Position numbers and translations under genes: made by a program. The notes beneath the pieces were generated by a model, which had not been told where the DNA came from, searched no databases, and worked only from the letters and a program-made list of their open reading frames with translations. 42,974 nt of DNA from a virus (Duplodnaviria > Caudoviricetes), in IMG/VR virus record IMGVR_UViG_3300022177_000066, positions 1 through 42,974 of that record; one strand, given 5' to 3'. Shown here piece by piece: positions 8,430 to 17,537 of this stretch (position 1 is its first letter; every line of letters begins with the position of its first letter).

Positions 8430-9287
8430 TCACACCCCCAAATATCTGTTTTTCCATTTTATTTTCACGTTTGCTCCTGCTGAATCGTTGTCATCATCAA
8501 AATTAAGCTCATTAAGGCCTGTTGCAAGGTCGAAGAAAGTGCTTTGAAGGTCTACATAGTGGAAGGCGTTGGACTCGGCTCCTGCGCCGTCTATGAGCCT
8601 CACAGCCTTATTTCCGAATCCTGTAGTGATTACAAGCTTGTCTCCGTCAACAAGCGTCTTGTTGACTTTGATGTATTCGCCTGTGGTTTCGTTCGTGACC
8701 GTAGGATTAACCGCCGGCCCAAAGAACTCTATAGTCACAGGCGCATCAACATGGCCGTCATTGTATATCTTCTTGGATTTTTCTTTCACCCTGAAGTTCA
8801 TCGGAAGCAACAGCGGAAAGCTCAGGCCGCCGCTGTACGATGCCATCTCAATCTCCCTCTGCCTTGCGTCCCTCCAGTATGGATCATGCGCTATGAGGTT
8901 GATTTGCACCTTGCAGAGCGTGTCGGAATCCTCTGGCGCAACATGGAAGTCGGGCATGCCGCTTACTATGCAGTCCACTTCGCGGGTATAGTGCAAAAAG
9001 TCAGCCTGCAGAACGCCCTGCCCAAGCTTTGGGTTGAACATTTTCAGCAGCCTGTCTCGCTTGAAATACTTGTCGTTATCATCCTCATACACAAAGGCCA
9101 CAGTGAGCGTTATAAGGCGCGAATCAAGCGTGTTGAACAGATAGGTCTGCCCATCCTGCAAAGGCGCTTTCTGGGCCTCTATGTTGAGATTAAGGCCGCT
9201 TACTCCCTGCACGTCGATGAGGAGGTATTCGGAGTCCAGACTGAAATCTATCTGTTCATTATTAGAGTTTATATATGTCATCTGCAT
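8430..9287 (-). CDS. Distal tail protein (Dit, siphovirus tail component)
   Basis: Directly after tape measure; DGQTY..R.ITL, FNPKLG.G.L, DPYW, NDGHVDAPV, FFDLATGLN motifs. Confidence 0.8.
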   Translation of the reverse strand: MQMTYINSNNEQIDFSLDSEYLLIDVQGVSGLNLNIEAQKAPLQDGQTYLFNTLDSRLITLTVAFVYEDDNDKYFKRDRLLKMFNPKLGQGVLQADFLHYTREVDCIVSGMPDFHVAPEDSDTLCKVQINLIAHDPYWRDARQREIEMASYSGGLSFPLLLPMNFRVKEKSKKIYNDGHVDAPVTIEFFGPAVNPTVTNETTGEYIKVNKTLVDGDKLVITTGFGNKAVRLIDGAGAESNAFHYVDLQSTFFDLATGLNELNFDDDNDSAGANVKIKWKNRYLGV

Positions 9288-9290
9288 CCG

Positions 9291-12200
9291 CTACACCCCC
9301 CACTGCATTGCAAGGCTTCTTGTCAGTTTCTCTTGCTCCATTCTTATCTTCACGGCATCGAGAGCCTCTGGGCTGTTGAAAGTATTCTGCATTGTCACCG
9401 AAGGCTTAGAGGCCTTTGATATGGCCTGCGCAAGCTTGCCGTAGTCCAAGTTGAAAGTATTTGTTATTTTCTGTTCTACTGCTTGCGGTGCGAATTGGAT
9501 TGACCTTGCAAGGTTTGCGACCATGTCGAATATGCTGTTTGTTTCTGAGTTGCTGGCCACCTTTTCTCCGCCGTTGAACCACATAAGCTCCGGCCCCTCT
9601 TCTCCTACGAGGTGCCATCCTGGGGTAGCGGAAAGAGTGCCGCTTGCGTAGCCGTCTGGCATGCCATTAGCTTTGTCCCTGGCTCTTCTTGCTTCTTTTT
9701 CAGCTTTATCCTCTGCTGAGCCGGTAGCTGGTTTGTTACTACCACCGCCTCCACCACCGCCTCCGCTTTTGTATATCTCTTGGCCTAGCGAGTTCTTGCC
9801 CTGATAGATACTGCCGTCTGACATAACCTGCCCAACATACTTGTATGCATTGGCCAGGCTTCCAAGCGAACCCGATGTCTTGTCAATTTCGCCTTGAAGT
9901 TTTGCCTGCTCTATCTGCAAGTCAAGCAATTGGTTCTTGTAGTTCAGCGCCTCGCTAGAGGTCTCGCCGTATTTGGCAATTATTTGCGAAAGGGCCTTTT
10001 CTGTGTTGGCAATCTCTATTGAAAGTGCCTTGTGCTGCTGCTCCTGCACCTCCATTTGCTTTGCAAGGTCTTCCGAGCTGCCCTCGAGCGACTTGTTTTG
10101 AATCCTCCATAGCTCGTATTGCTTTTGGATTATAGACACAGTGCTTTGCACGTATCCGTTGACCTTGCTTAGAGCTTCGCCTATCTTGCTGGCCAGCTCC
10201 TCCGATTTGCCGGATACAGCTGCCTTCGTGTAGTCCATTCCAAGTACGAGGCCTTCACCTACAAACTGGCCTATCTCTGTCGTAACCTTCGATGGAGATT
10301 GAATGTTGAGGACCTTCTTAAGCCATGCAGGAATGCTTTCCGCAAGCTCTGACACCTTGCCTTTTACAGCACTGATTTTATTCTGTATGCCGTCTATAAT
10401 GCCTTGCACAATATCCTTGCCCGCCTGGAGCATTTGCGGTACCCCGCCTTTTATTGCCGATACAAGCTGCTTTATTATCTCTCTGCCAGTTGCTATTATT
10501 GCGACACCGGCAAAAGCCAGCGCATATTTGAAGCCGTTGACGATTATTTTGCCCAGGTTGTCCATGAAGGCTTGCTTTTGCTCTTCGGTTCCCTTGGTAG
10601 CCGTCTGGATCATGTTTTTGCCTGAATCCTTAATTTCTTGTTTAGAGCCAAGCCCCTTGAAGAAGTTAATAAAAGAATTTCCCCAGCCTTTTAACGATTC
10701 AGTTATCTTTGAAGGCACACTAGATAGGTCGGTTAGGAATGTCTTCTTCATTTCGTCAAACTTATCCTTTCCTGCCTCTTTCATCTTGGTATAGCCATCG
10801 GATACTGCTTTCTTCCAGTCGCTGAACTTATCAGCCATCTCCTTGGGGATGCCCTTGAACCAATCGGTTATCGTCTTTCCCCACTTAGCAAATTGCCTTT
10901 TGTTTTCCTCGTTTTGGCTCTTAGTCCATGAAGCTATAGCCGTTCCCCACTCGGCCATTTTCGATTTAATAGTTGCAGGGATTCCGGCAAACCAGCTTGC
11001 GATAGCCGTTTTCCATTCATCAAGCTTTTGTGATATGGAAGCTTTTATTTCAGTCAGTTTGCTGGCGATAGCCTCCTTCCATTGCGGAACCTTGTCGGAA
11101 ATGAGTATTTTCAACCCATCCAGTGCAGTTGAGAATATCCTCTTTATTCCCTCCCAAAGGTTAGCAAATACTGTCTTGAGTACTTCCGTTCCAAGATTGA
11201 AAGCGGCTTTAATGCTCTCCCAACCAGCTTTAAATACTGACTTAAGATTTCCCCATCCGTTTGAAACCAAGGTCTTAACAGCAGACCACAATGTTCCCCA
11301 GTCTCCTGAGAAAGCAGCCTTAAAAACATTGAATATGTCCTTGATGGACTGCATTCCCGCCGTAAAAACAGTTTTTATGAAGTCGACAGAAACATGAACT
11401 GAGTTTTTAACACGTTCCCAAACATTAGCAACTCCGTCTCTGAACGTCTCACTGTTTTGGTACAGCAGATATAAAGCCGCACCCACAGCCGCCAATGGAG
11501 CCAATACACTTGCGGCGAATGTTATTACCGAACCAATTGCAGTACCTACTGCCGCTATTGGAGCTACCGCTGCCGTGGCTGCCGCACCTACTGCTGTCGT
11601 CGCAGGAGCCGCTACCGTGAAAAGTCCTATAATAGAACCTATGGCGCTTGACAGTGCTCCTAGTATCATCAATACAGGCCCTATCGCCGCTACTATGCCG
11701 GCTATTGTCACTATTGTCTTTTTAGTCCCTTCGTCAAGCTCTCCAAACCACTTAAGCGTTTCGTTGAGCTTTTGAACTATCGGCGTAAACACCGGGAGCA
11801 GATGCTGTCCAAAGCTTGCCCCGAGCTCCTTTAGCGATTCCTGGAATATACGCATCTGGTTCGCAGTGCCGTCTGAAGTTCTGGCGAAGTCTCCATGAGC
11901 GTTTTTAGTCACGTCCATGACGTATGCATACCTGAGTGCTACAAGCTCACCTTGCGTCATTTCTTTGATTGGCTTTTGAATTCCTTGTGCTAAAGCAAAG
12001 GCCTCGAGATTGCTCTGATTCATAACAATGCCTAAACCCTTAAGTGCTTCAGTTTCGCCTGTATACACACCTGCAAGCGCCGTCTGTGCTCTGTCTAAGC
12101 TGATATTCTTGAAAGAAGCCATGTCCCCGGCTAGTCCAACAAGTGACATGGACATGTCAGCCGCTTTATCTGTAGGCAGTCCCATGCTCACTGCCATATC

Positions 12201-12572
12201 TCCAAAAAGTGCACTCATATCAAGTGCCGTCCCTTGCGCTATGCCTGAAGCCTCCAGCGTCTTTTGTGACCACGCTTCAACTTCGCTTGCACTCTCATCG
12301 AAAACTTCATTGACCTTGTTCAGTGACTCGTTGAAATCACTTGCAAGCTTTATTCCGGCTGCGCCTGCCGCCAATATGGGAACCGTAAATCCAACAGCCA
12401 TGGTAGCGCCCACAGTTTTAAGCGAACTGCCTAACCCTGTGAGCTTGTCCCCAAGACTTGCACTCTGACTTTCAAGCACTCCGAGTTGCATACCTGCGGT
12501 CTTGAGCGCCGAGCTATATTTACTTGTATCCATATCGAGATACGCAACTACCGTACCTGCGTCTATTGACAT
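9291..12572 (-). CDS. Tail tape measure protein
   Basis: 1093 aa, Ala/Gly-rich helical, periodic Trp/Phe repeats, IQSPSKV and YASGT..VGEEGPEL motifs. Confidence 0.92.
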   Translation of the reverse strand: MSIDAGTVVAYLDMDTSKYSSALKTAGMQLGVLESQSASLGDKLTGLGSSLKTVGATMAVGFTVPILAAGAAGIKLASDFNESLNKVNEVFDESASEVEAWSQKTLEASGIAQGTALDMSALFGDMAVSMGLPTDKAADMSMSLVGLAGDMASFKNISLDRAQTALAGVYTGETEALKGLGIVMNQSNLEAFALAQGIQKPIKEMTQGELVALRYAYVMDVTKNAHGDFARTSDGTANQMRIFQESLKELGASFGQHLLPVFTPIVQKLNETLKWFGELDEGTKKTIVTIAGIVAAIGPVLMILGALSSAIGSIIGLFTVAAPATTAVGAAATAAVAPIAAVGTAIGSVITFAASVLAPLAAVGAALYLLYQNSETFRDGVANVWERVKNSVHVSVDFIKTVFTAGMQSIKDIFNVFKAAFSGDWGTLWSAVKTLVSNGWGNLKSVFKAGWESIKAAFNLGTEVLKTVFANLWEGIKRIFSTALDGLKILISDKVPQWKEAIASKLTEIKASISQKLDEWKTAIASWFAGIPATIKSKMAEWGTAIASWTKSQNEENKRQFAKWGKTITDWFKGIPKEMADKFSDWKKAVSDGYTKMKEAGKDKFDEMKKTFLTDLSSVPSKITESLKGWGNSFINFFKGLGSKQEIKDSGKNMIQTATKGTEEQKQAFMDNLGKIIVNGFKYALAFAGVAIIATGREIIKQLVSAIKGGVPQMLQAGKDIVQGIIDGIQNKISAVKGKVSELAESIPAWLKKVLNIQSPSKVTTEIGQFVGEGLVLGMDYTKAAVSGKSEELASKIGEALSKVNGYVQSTVSIIQKQYELWRIQNKSLEGSSEDLAKQMEVQEQQHKALSIEIANTEKALSQIIAKYGETSSEALNYKNQLLDLQIEQAKLQGEIDKTSGSLGSLANAYKYVGQVMSDGSIYQGKNSLGQEIYKSGGGGGGGGSNKPATGSAEDKAEKEARRARDKANGMPDGYASGTLSATPGWHLVGEEGPELMWFNGGEKVASNSETNSIFDMVANLARSIQFAPQAVEQKITNTFNLDYGKLAQAISKASKPSVTMQNTFNSPEALDAVKIRMEQEKLTRSLAMQWGV

Positions 12573-12655
12573 TTATTCACCTCCTATTAAGGCATTTCAA
12601 TCATTCTAGCCATTATTTCTACGGCGGCCTTATTTTCACCATATCTTCACCCCAC

Positions 12656-12679
12656 AAAAAAGACGCTCAAATGAGCGTC
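12656..12679 (-). terminator. Intrinsic terminator closing the inserted antirepressor cassette
   Basis: GACGCTCA-tt-TGAGCGTC followed by TTTTTT on the minus strand. Confidence 0.8.
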
Positions 12680-12689
12680 CTAAGATATT

Positions 12690-12974
12690 TTACTTTGTCA
12701 TTGTAAGTATATTTTTCATTTCCATTCCGTCAGCGATACCTTTTTGATACATTATTGTCTGCATAAGAGCATCCAGCGAACCCACAACGCTATCAAATTC
12801 AGTTAACACTGTTCTTTCTTCTGCAGGCATTTTTGCGCTTATATCTTCAAACAACTGCATGAATTTTTTGTTTAACTTAGAATATTCTTCATTATTACTA
12901 AGCAAGGCTCCTAATTCCTCTGTTCGCTTCATCATAAATCCTTCGAAACTGCTTTTGAAATCGATGCCTAACAT
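12690..12974 (-). CDS. Hypothetical helical protein coupled to the antirepressor
   Basis: 94 aa, overlaps the upstream stop; YQKGIADG motif typical of small clostridial mobile-element proteins. Confidence 0.7.
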   Translation of the reverse strand: MLGIDFKSSFEGFMMKRTEELGALLSNNEEYSKLNKKFMQLFEDISAKMPAEERTVLTEFDSVVGSLDALMQTIMYQKGIADGMEMKNILTMTK

Positions 12975-13891
12975 GATGCCACCGCCTTTTCTCCATACAC
13001 TACATAATATTTTCTGTCCTTGCCTGTGGATGTAGTATAGTCAATAACGGTAGGATATCCATTTTCAAAGAGCCATGTTTTGGCCCTCTCTATGACTGGC
13101 TCTGCGTATTTTATTACCGTCCCCTGCCAGCTACCTGAAGATTCCCAAACGGCTTGCTGTTCGTCTTCAGGTACATCTATCATTTTCAAGATTTCCGAAA
13201 TAGCATTGAACGCTGGCTTGCCGTTATTTGTGAACATATTAAGCCTTGCGGCTATCTGTTTTGTATCATAGAATCTGACTTGCGCTTCTACCTCTATAGG
13301 CAGTTCAATGCCCGCCTTGCGGAATATTGTCTTTGCTGTAAGTAGTTTGACTTTACTATCTATACCCACACTATCCATAAGGCCATTTAGCATCTGTGTG
13401 CTTTCTTGGGCTATTCTAAGGCCTTCCAGTTCATCAGCTTTACTGCGGAGCATTTCGGGGCTTGCCTTTTCAGTTATGAAAGCACCTGTTTTATTGACTT
13501 CCTCTTTAACTTCAAAGTATTCATCGAGAAGTTGGTCATACCTATCCCACGACAAATCATCATCGAATATTTTTATTAGTTTTGCATATCCTCTTTCTGA
13601 AAATAAATACACATTTTTTGAAGCGTTCAGAGAACCTCGTGTAAATATTCCGCTATCCTTCAGAAGGATAGCAAACTTATCTCCCTTCAAGTCTATCAAG
13701 TCGACATTTTCCTTAAATCTTTTTATGTTATTATTTATCAATTCATTGACTTTGTACAACGTTTTGTTATGAAGTGTGGCAATATCTTTTGCCAGCATCG
13801 CTCTCTTGCCTTCACCAAATCCGCCCGCTATGCAGGGTATTTCCACACCACATACTGTAGTAGTGCCTTTTAGCATAAGTTCATTTTTCAT
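12968..13891 (-). CDS. ORF6N-domain antirepressor-like protein
   Basis: GGFGEGKRAMLAKDIA.LH..VNELINNN..RF...DLIDLK and VYLFSERGYAKLIKI. Confidence 0.85.
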   Translation of the reverse strand: MKNELMLKGTTTVCGVEIPCIAGGFGEGKRAMLAKDIATLHNKTLYKVNELINNNIKRFKENVDLIDLKGDKFAILLKDSGIFTRGSLNASKNVYLFSERGYAKLIKIFDDDLSWDRYDQLLDEYFEVKEEVNKTGAFITEKASPEMLRSKADELEGLRIAQESTQMLNGLMDSVGIDSKVKLLTAKTIFRKAGIELPIEVEAQVRFYDTKQIAARLNMFTNNGKPAFNAISEILKMIDVPEDEQQAVWESSGSWQGTVIKYAEPVIERAKTWLFENGYPTVIDYTTSTGKDRKYYVVYGEKAVASC

Positions 13892-13919
13892 GTTCTGTTC
13901 CTCCTTGGTTTATTAGAAT

Positions 13920-13949
13920 TTGACTAAATACACCAAAGCAGGATATAAT
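13920..13949 (+). promoter_or_regulatory. Sigma-A promoter for a small antisense RNA
   Basis: TTGACT-18bp-TATAAT pointing away from any + strand ORF. Confidence 0.75.
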
Positions 13950-13953
13950 ATAA

Positions 13954-14022
13954 GTGTCTAGGTTATATCATAGTCTGCTTTGGTAGACACGCCTGTTATC
14001 CTTCTGGGTAACAGGTTTTTTA
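13954..14022 (+). ncRNA. Putative ~65 nt antisense RNA to the antirepressor leader
   Basis: Promoter, then hairpin GTGTCTA/TAGACAC with 23-nt loop, then terminator CCTGTTATC-cttct-GGGTAACAGG plus T-run. Confidence 0.65.
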
Positions 14023-14220
14023 GTTTTTTCTAAAATATTCAATCGGCTTACCTAATCCTTTTGCTATCTTTGCAAGAGTGTCAATTCTTGCTTCTGTTTC
14101 TCCTTTCTCGATTCTTGATATTGTAGACCTCCCTACGCCTGATCTTTTTGATAGTTCATCAATTGTTAATCCTTGCCTCGCTCTTTCAAGCAACATTTTC
14201 TCGTTATCAACCCTAAACAA
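14020..14220 (-). CDS. Cro-like XRE HTH regulator (second switch)
   Basis: 66 aa; RARQGLTIDELSKRSGVGRSTISRIEKG. Confidence 0.9.
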   Translation of the reverse strand: MFRVDNEKMLLERARQGLTIDELSKRSGVGRSTISRIEKGETEARIDTLAKIAKGLGKPIEYFRKN

Positions 14221-14253
14221 ATTGTCAACTCCTCTCTATTTTCGCAAATTTAT

Positions 14254-14306
14254 GTTCGTTTCACGAACTTTAATTTCATTTTAGTTCATTTATGCAACAT
14301 TGTCAA
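14254..14306. promoter_or_regulatory. Leftward promoter and palindromic operators of second switch
   Basis: Minus TTGACA-17-TAAAAT (14306-14278); palindromes GTTCGT-ttc-ACGAAC (14254-14268) and GTTCATTTATGCAAC (14284-14298). Confidence 0.7.
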
Positions 14307-14363
14307 TGTTTATATTTTAGTTTTGTTCGTCATATACTACAATTAAACAAAGGGGTGTTGCTT

Positions 14364-15245
14364 ATGACTTTTGGCGAAATATTGAAACGACTGAGGAATA
14401 TAAATAAAATAACCCAATCAGAATTTGCTCAAGTTTTAAATAAAAGCAGATCTACAATAGCAGGCTATGAAATTAATGACAGGCTTCCAGACCAAGAAAC
14501 CATGCTGAAAATCTCTGAGTGTTTTGGTGTTTCATTAGAAAATCTAATCAAAATTTCAGAAAATGACACTAGCATATTGGAGCATCTAGGTGGATATATT
14601 AATGGTAAAATTTCTGATTCTTATACAATTGTAAAATCAGTTAGTGAATTATCTAATTTAACAAATATACCCTTGGATACTCTTAACAAAATCATTGATG
14701 GTTCCGAAATCCCGACTCGTGAGCAAATAAAGCTAATTGCGATTTTCGGACCATTTAAGTACATAGACTTACTTGCAAATAGCATATATGGGCTTAAGGA
14801 GCATTACTCCACACTGCATAATATAAAGAACAAATCAGCTAGCGATTACTTGAGAATAGGCTTGGTTGATGCTATGAATTTTTACCCAACATATTTTTAT
14901 CAGTATTTAATAAATTTCTATAATCAAACTAATTTTTTTGACAAGAATAGTGATTATTTTGATTTAGTCGATAGTTTCGCGTTAGAAACTTTACATTATT
15001 ACTCATTAGAAGACAATGAAGCCGTTATCAAAAATATGGGATTTAGTGCTATAAACATAGAATCCGGATTTATTATTGTTCCCAGTGAATATTTAGAAGA
15101 ATACATACTTAGAGTTTTTAACAGAAATCATGAAATTGGAGAACAACACTTTATTAATTTAGAAAATCTGCCTAATGAAGCAATCCTTGAAATTGAAAAT
15201 TTCGTAGAATATATACGCCAAAAATACAGAAAGACCACTGAGTAG
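14364..15245 (+). CDS. XRE-family repressor-like protein with second HTH and unknown C-terminal domain
   Basis: MTFGEILKRLR..ITQSEFAQVLNKSRSTIAGYE; second HTH SVSELSNLTNIPLDTLNKIIDG; start behind AGGGGTG; AT-rich. Confidence 0.8.
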   Translation: MTFGEILKRLRNINKITQSEFAQVLNKSRSTIAGYEINDRLPDQETMLKISECFGVSLENLIKISENDTSILEHLGGYINGKISDSYTIVKSVSELSNLTNIPLDTLNKIIDGSEIPTREQIKLIAIFGPFKYIDLLANSIYGLKEHYSTLHNIKNKSASDYLRIGLVDAMNFYPTYFYQYLINFYNQTNFFDKNSDYFDLVDSFALETLHYYSLEDNEAVIKNMGFSAINIESGFIIVPSEYLEEYILRVFNRNHEIGEQHFINLENLPNEAILEIENFVEYIRQKYRKTTE

Positions 15246-15262
15246 GGGTCTTTTCTGTATTT
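15222..15262. terminator. Bidirectional terminator at the right edge of the cassette
   Basis: AAATACAGAAAGACC / GGTCTTTTCTGTATTT inverted repeat between convergent genes. Confidence 0.75.
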
Positions 15263-15268
15263 ATGCCA

Positions 15269-15535
15269 CTAGGGTCCCTGCATCCATTTGATTGTATCTT
15301 TGTTGTTTTGAGCATTTGCCTCATCTGCCCAAGTTGGCGTGTTTACGAAATTTCCTTCTTTGTCTCGCTCCTCAAGCATTTGCTGAATGTAGAAACACGC
15401 CTCATCAAAGCAAAAAGCCGTGTATTCATCCTCTATTCGAAGAATCCTACTCGGCTTTTCCCTGTACATCTTGCTTTGATTCAGTATCCTCACTATCTGC
15501 TTGCTTTGGACGAAACCTTTCAAGCCCCTTAGCAC
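15269..15535 (-). CDS. Tail assembly chaperone frameshift extension (gpT-like)
   Basis: Overlaps the chaperone 3' end in the +1 frame, weak independent start; PSRILRIEDEYTAFCFDEAC motif. Confidence 0.65.
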   Translation of the reverse strand: MLRGLKGFVQSKQIVRILNQSKMYREKPSRILRIEDEYTAFCFDEACFYIQQMLEERDKEGNFVNTPTWADEANAQNNKDTIKWMQGP

Positions 15536-15884
15536 CTGCCTGCGTATAGCTTATTATGGCCATAAGTTGCTCGTCCGTCAGCTCTAAGCCTGCTTCCTCT
15601 ATTTGCTCCACAGTTGGCTCTGCAAGTGATTCCTCGGCTATGATTCTCGCTATGCTGTACACTTCTTTGATGTCTACATCGCCGCTTACGCCCTTGCTGA
15701 ATACTTTCTGTGCGCTTCCCAGCATTGAGTTAGGTATCTTGCCTTTTGACGCGAGACCTAGCAGAGAAGGCCTTTTGAGTCTTGCTATGAACGGTTCATC
15801 GTCCCACCCAGGAATCTCCGTCATCTGACCCTGGGCCTTCTTTTTAAGTTCGCCTAAACTAGTTATTTTAAGTCCTGTACTCAT
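15447..15884 (-). CDS. Tail assembly chaperone (gpG-like)
   Basis: Between major tail and tape measure genes; RLKRPSLLGLASKGKIPNSMLG, LTDEQLMAI. Confidence 0.75.
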   Translation of the reverse strand: MSTGLKITSLGELKKKAQGQMTEIPGWDDEPFIARLKRPSLLGLASKGKIPNSMLGSAQKVFSKGVSGDVDIKEVYSIARIIAEESLAEPTVEQIEEAGLELTDEQLMAIISYTQAGAKGLERFRPKQADSEDTESKQDVQGKAE

Positions 15885-15900
15885 ATATTAGTTCCTCCTA

Positions 15901-16470
15901 TTATGCTGGTAGCGTGTCTAAAAAGTCGATTGTTACTGGCTTTTCATTCTTTTTCGCTCTTGACTCCATAGCGAGTTTTGAAGCTGTGAATTTACCATCT
16001 TCAAACTGATAATCAACCGGCTTTCCTTTGCAATGCTTGAATGCGAACTGCGCATATCCGAGCACTTCGCCATCTGTATCCTTTTCCTCTGTGAAAATAT
16101 TCAATGTGAATGGAGTCCTCGATACCGCTACTCCTTGAGTTGGAGCCTCGTATTTTGTCACTTTAGTCGTTTCTACGGGATCGAATGTAAGTGTTCCTCC
16201 GTCTATCAAGGCAAAAAGTTCCGGCACCATAACAGCCGACTCAAGGTCCAAGTCATAACCCACAACTATGTCCTCTGTCCTATCGAGTCCAAGTATCTGG
16301 TTCTTAACTCTGAGTATCTCCTCTTTCCCCTGAGATATCTTGGGCTTGGCATTAGCCTTGTCGCTTGTACCCATTCTATATGTCTTTGGCGTGGTTTCCT
16401 CTGTAATAACTTCCACCCTTACCACATTGACAAGGGGTTTTCCTGTCAAATTTATTGCAGCCATCGGCAT
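15901..16470 (-). CDS. Major tail (tube) protein
   Basis: 189 aa beta-rich; position after the tail-completion genes. Confidence 0.7.
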   Translation of the reverse strand: MPMAAINLTGKPLVNVVRVEVITEETTPKTYRMGTSDKANAKPKISQGKEEILRVKNQILGLDRTEDIVVGYDLDLESAVMVPELFALIDGGTLTFDPVETTKVTKYEAPTQGVAVSRTPFTLNIFTEEKDTDGEVLGYAQFAFKHCKGKPVDYQFEDGKFTASKLAMESRAKKNEKPVTIDFLDTLPA

Positions 16471-16476
16471 TACCTC

Positions 16477-16818
16477 CTATATTTTCTTGAGTATTTGATA
16501 TTGCAGGCTAGTAGTGTGCGCCTGCTTCTCCTCTTCCATCATCACGGGCGTTTCGTAGCCTGTGAATCTTGCCTCGGATATTTCCTTCATGGCGCTGCGG
16601 ATGCTTTTCACATAATCGCCCAGCGTGCTATATTTACCTGCGGGATGATATATTATTACATCCATAAGCGCATAGCCTACTTGATTTGTACCTGCAAAAG
16701 CATTGGCACCTGAGTCTTTAAGAACTACATAAGAACTTGTGCAAAGCCCTGTATGCTGTCCTGGCGAAAACACCGCAAAGCCTTTATCCTTGAGATGCAA
16801 ATATATCTTCTTCCACAT
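16477..16818 (-). CDS. Putative tail terminator / completion protein
   Basis: Synteny; VFSPGQHTGLCTSSYVVLK. Confidence 0.55.
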   Translation of the reverse strand: MWKKIYLHLKDKGFAVFSPGQHTGLCTSSYVVLKDSGANAFAGTNQVGYALMDVIIYHPAGKYSTLGDYVKSIRSAMKEISEARFTGYETPVMMEEEKQAHTTSLQYQILKKI

Positions 16819-16826
16819 GTTGCCAC

Positions 16827-17171
16827 CTACTTTTCAAGTATCTTGTGCATGCCTTCGAGCATCTTCTTGCTGTTGGCATGTATTACAGGAAATATCACGG
16901 CGTATTTCTTTTCATGGGCAAATTCGAGGTATTTAAAATAGTCCACATTGCCCGAGAGATACACTCTGCACTTTGCACCTTGCCATTCCATACCGCCCTG
17001 CATCGTCGGCCTCGCCAAGGGGGTTCTGTCTTTCCATGGAGCAATTTTCTTTGCTTCCCTCTCCAGCTTTTTGCCTGCGGTATCACAATACACGCCTACA
17101 GCAGCCTTCATCTTGATGTCAGCTTCTCCAAGCCCTTTGAGTAGGCCTGATGTGTCGAGTTTTAATCCCAT
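16827..17171 (-). CDS. HK97 gp10-like tail completion protein
   Basis: AKKIAPWKDRT..AR, VDYFKYLEFAHEKKYAVI. Confidence 0.7.
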   Translation of the reverse strand: MGLKLDTSGLLKGLGEADIKMKAAVGVYCDTAGKKLEREAKKIAPWKDRTPLARPTMQGGMEWQGAKCRVYLSGNVDYFKYLEFAHEKKYAVIFPVIHANSKKMLEGMHKILEK

Positions 17172-17537
17172 CTACACCACCCTTTCCAAAGACATGTTGA
17201 AATAAGCATTTTCAAACTTGCCAAGGTCAGTAATTTTGTATCGCAAGCCGTTGTACTCAAAATAATCTCCCGGCTGAATCTGAGATGTATCTTCATCAAC
17301 CCATGTCATGAGTCTGTATTCCGCTTCTCCCGCCGCCTTTACAGTGGAGCCGGCAGTGTCTATTTTGATTCCCATGTACTTGTCCTGCTTATAAAAATAG
17401 CCTGTAATGATAATCCCAAACGGACTCTCTACCGGCTCGCCAAACTCATTTTCGCCGTTTCTAAGGATGCTCACAAGGCCGCCAACCTCTTTGATTATAG
17501 CTTTGATTTCCTGCGCTGATATTTGCTCTACGTTCAT
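17172..17537 (-). CDS. Putative head closure / head-tail adaptor
   Basis: Synteny; NEFGEP and IQPGDYFEYNGLRYKI beta-rich pattern. Confidence 0.55.
   Translation of the reverse strand: MNVEQISAQEIKAIIKEVGGLVSILRNGENEFGEPVESPFGIIITGYFYKQDKYMGIKIDTAGSTVKAAGEAEYRLMTWVDEDTSQIQPGDYFEYNGLRYKITDLGKFENAYFNMSLERVV

Noticed and set aside
9741-9765. Poly-Gly (CCA/CCG/CCT) repeat as a phase-variable tract
   Set aside because: Mixed codons, in-frame flexible linker in the tape measure protein
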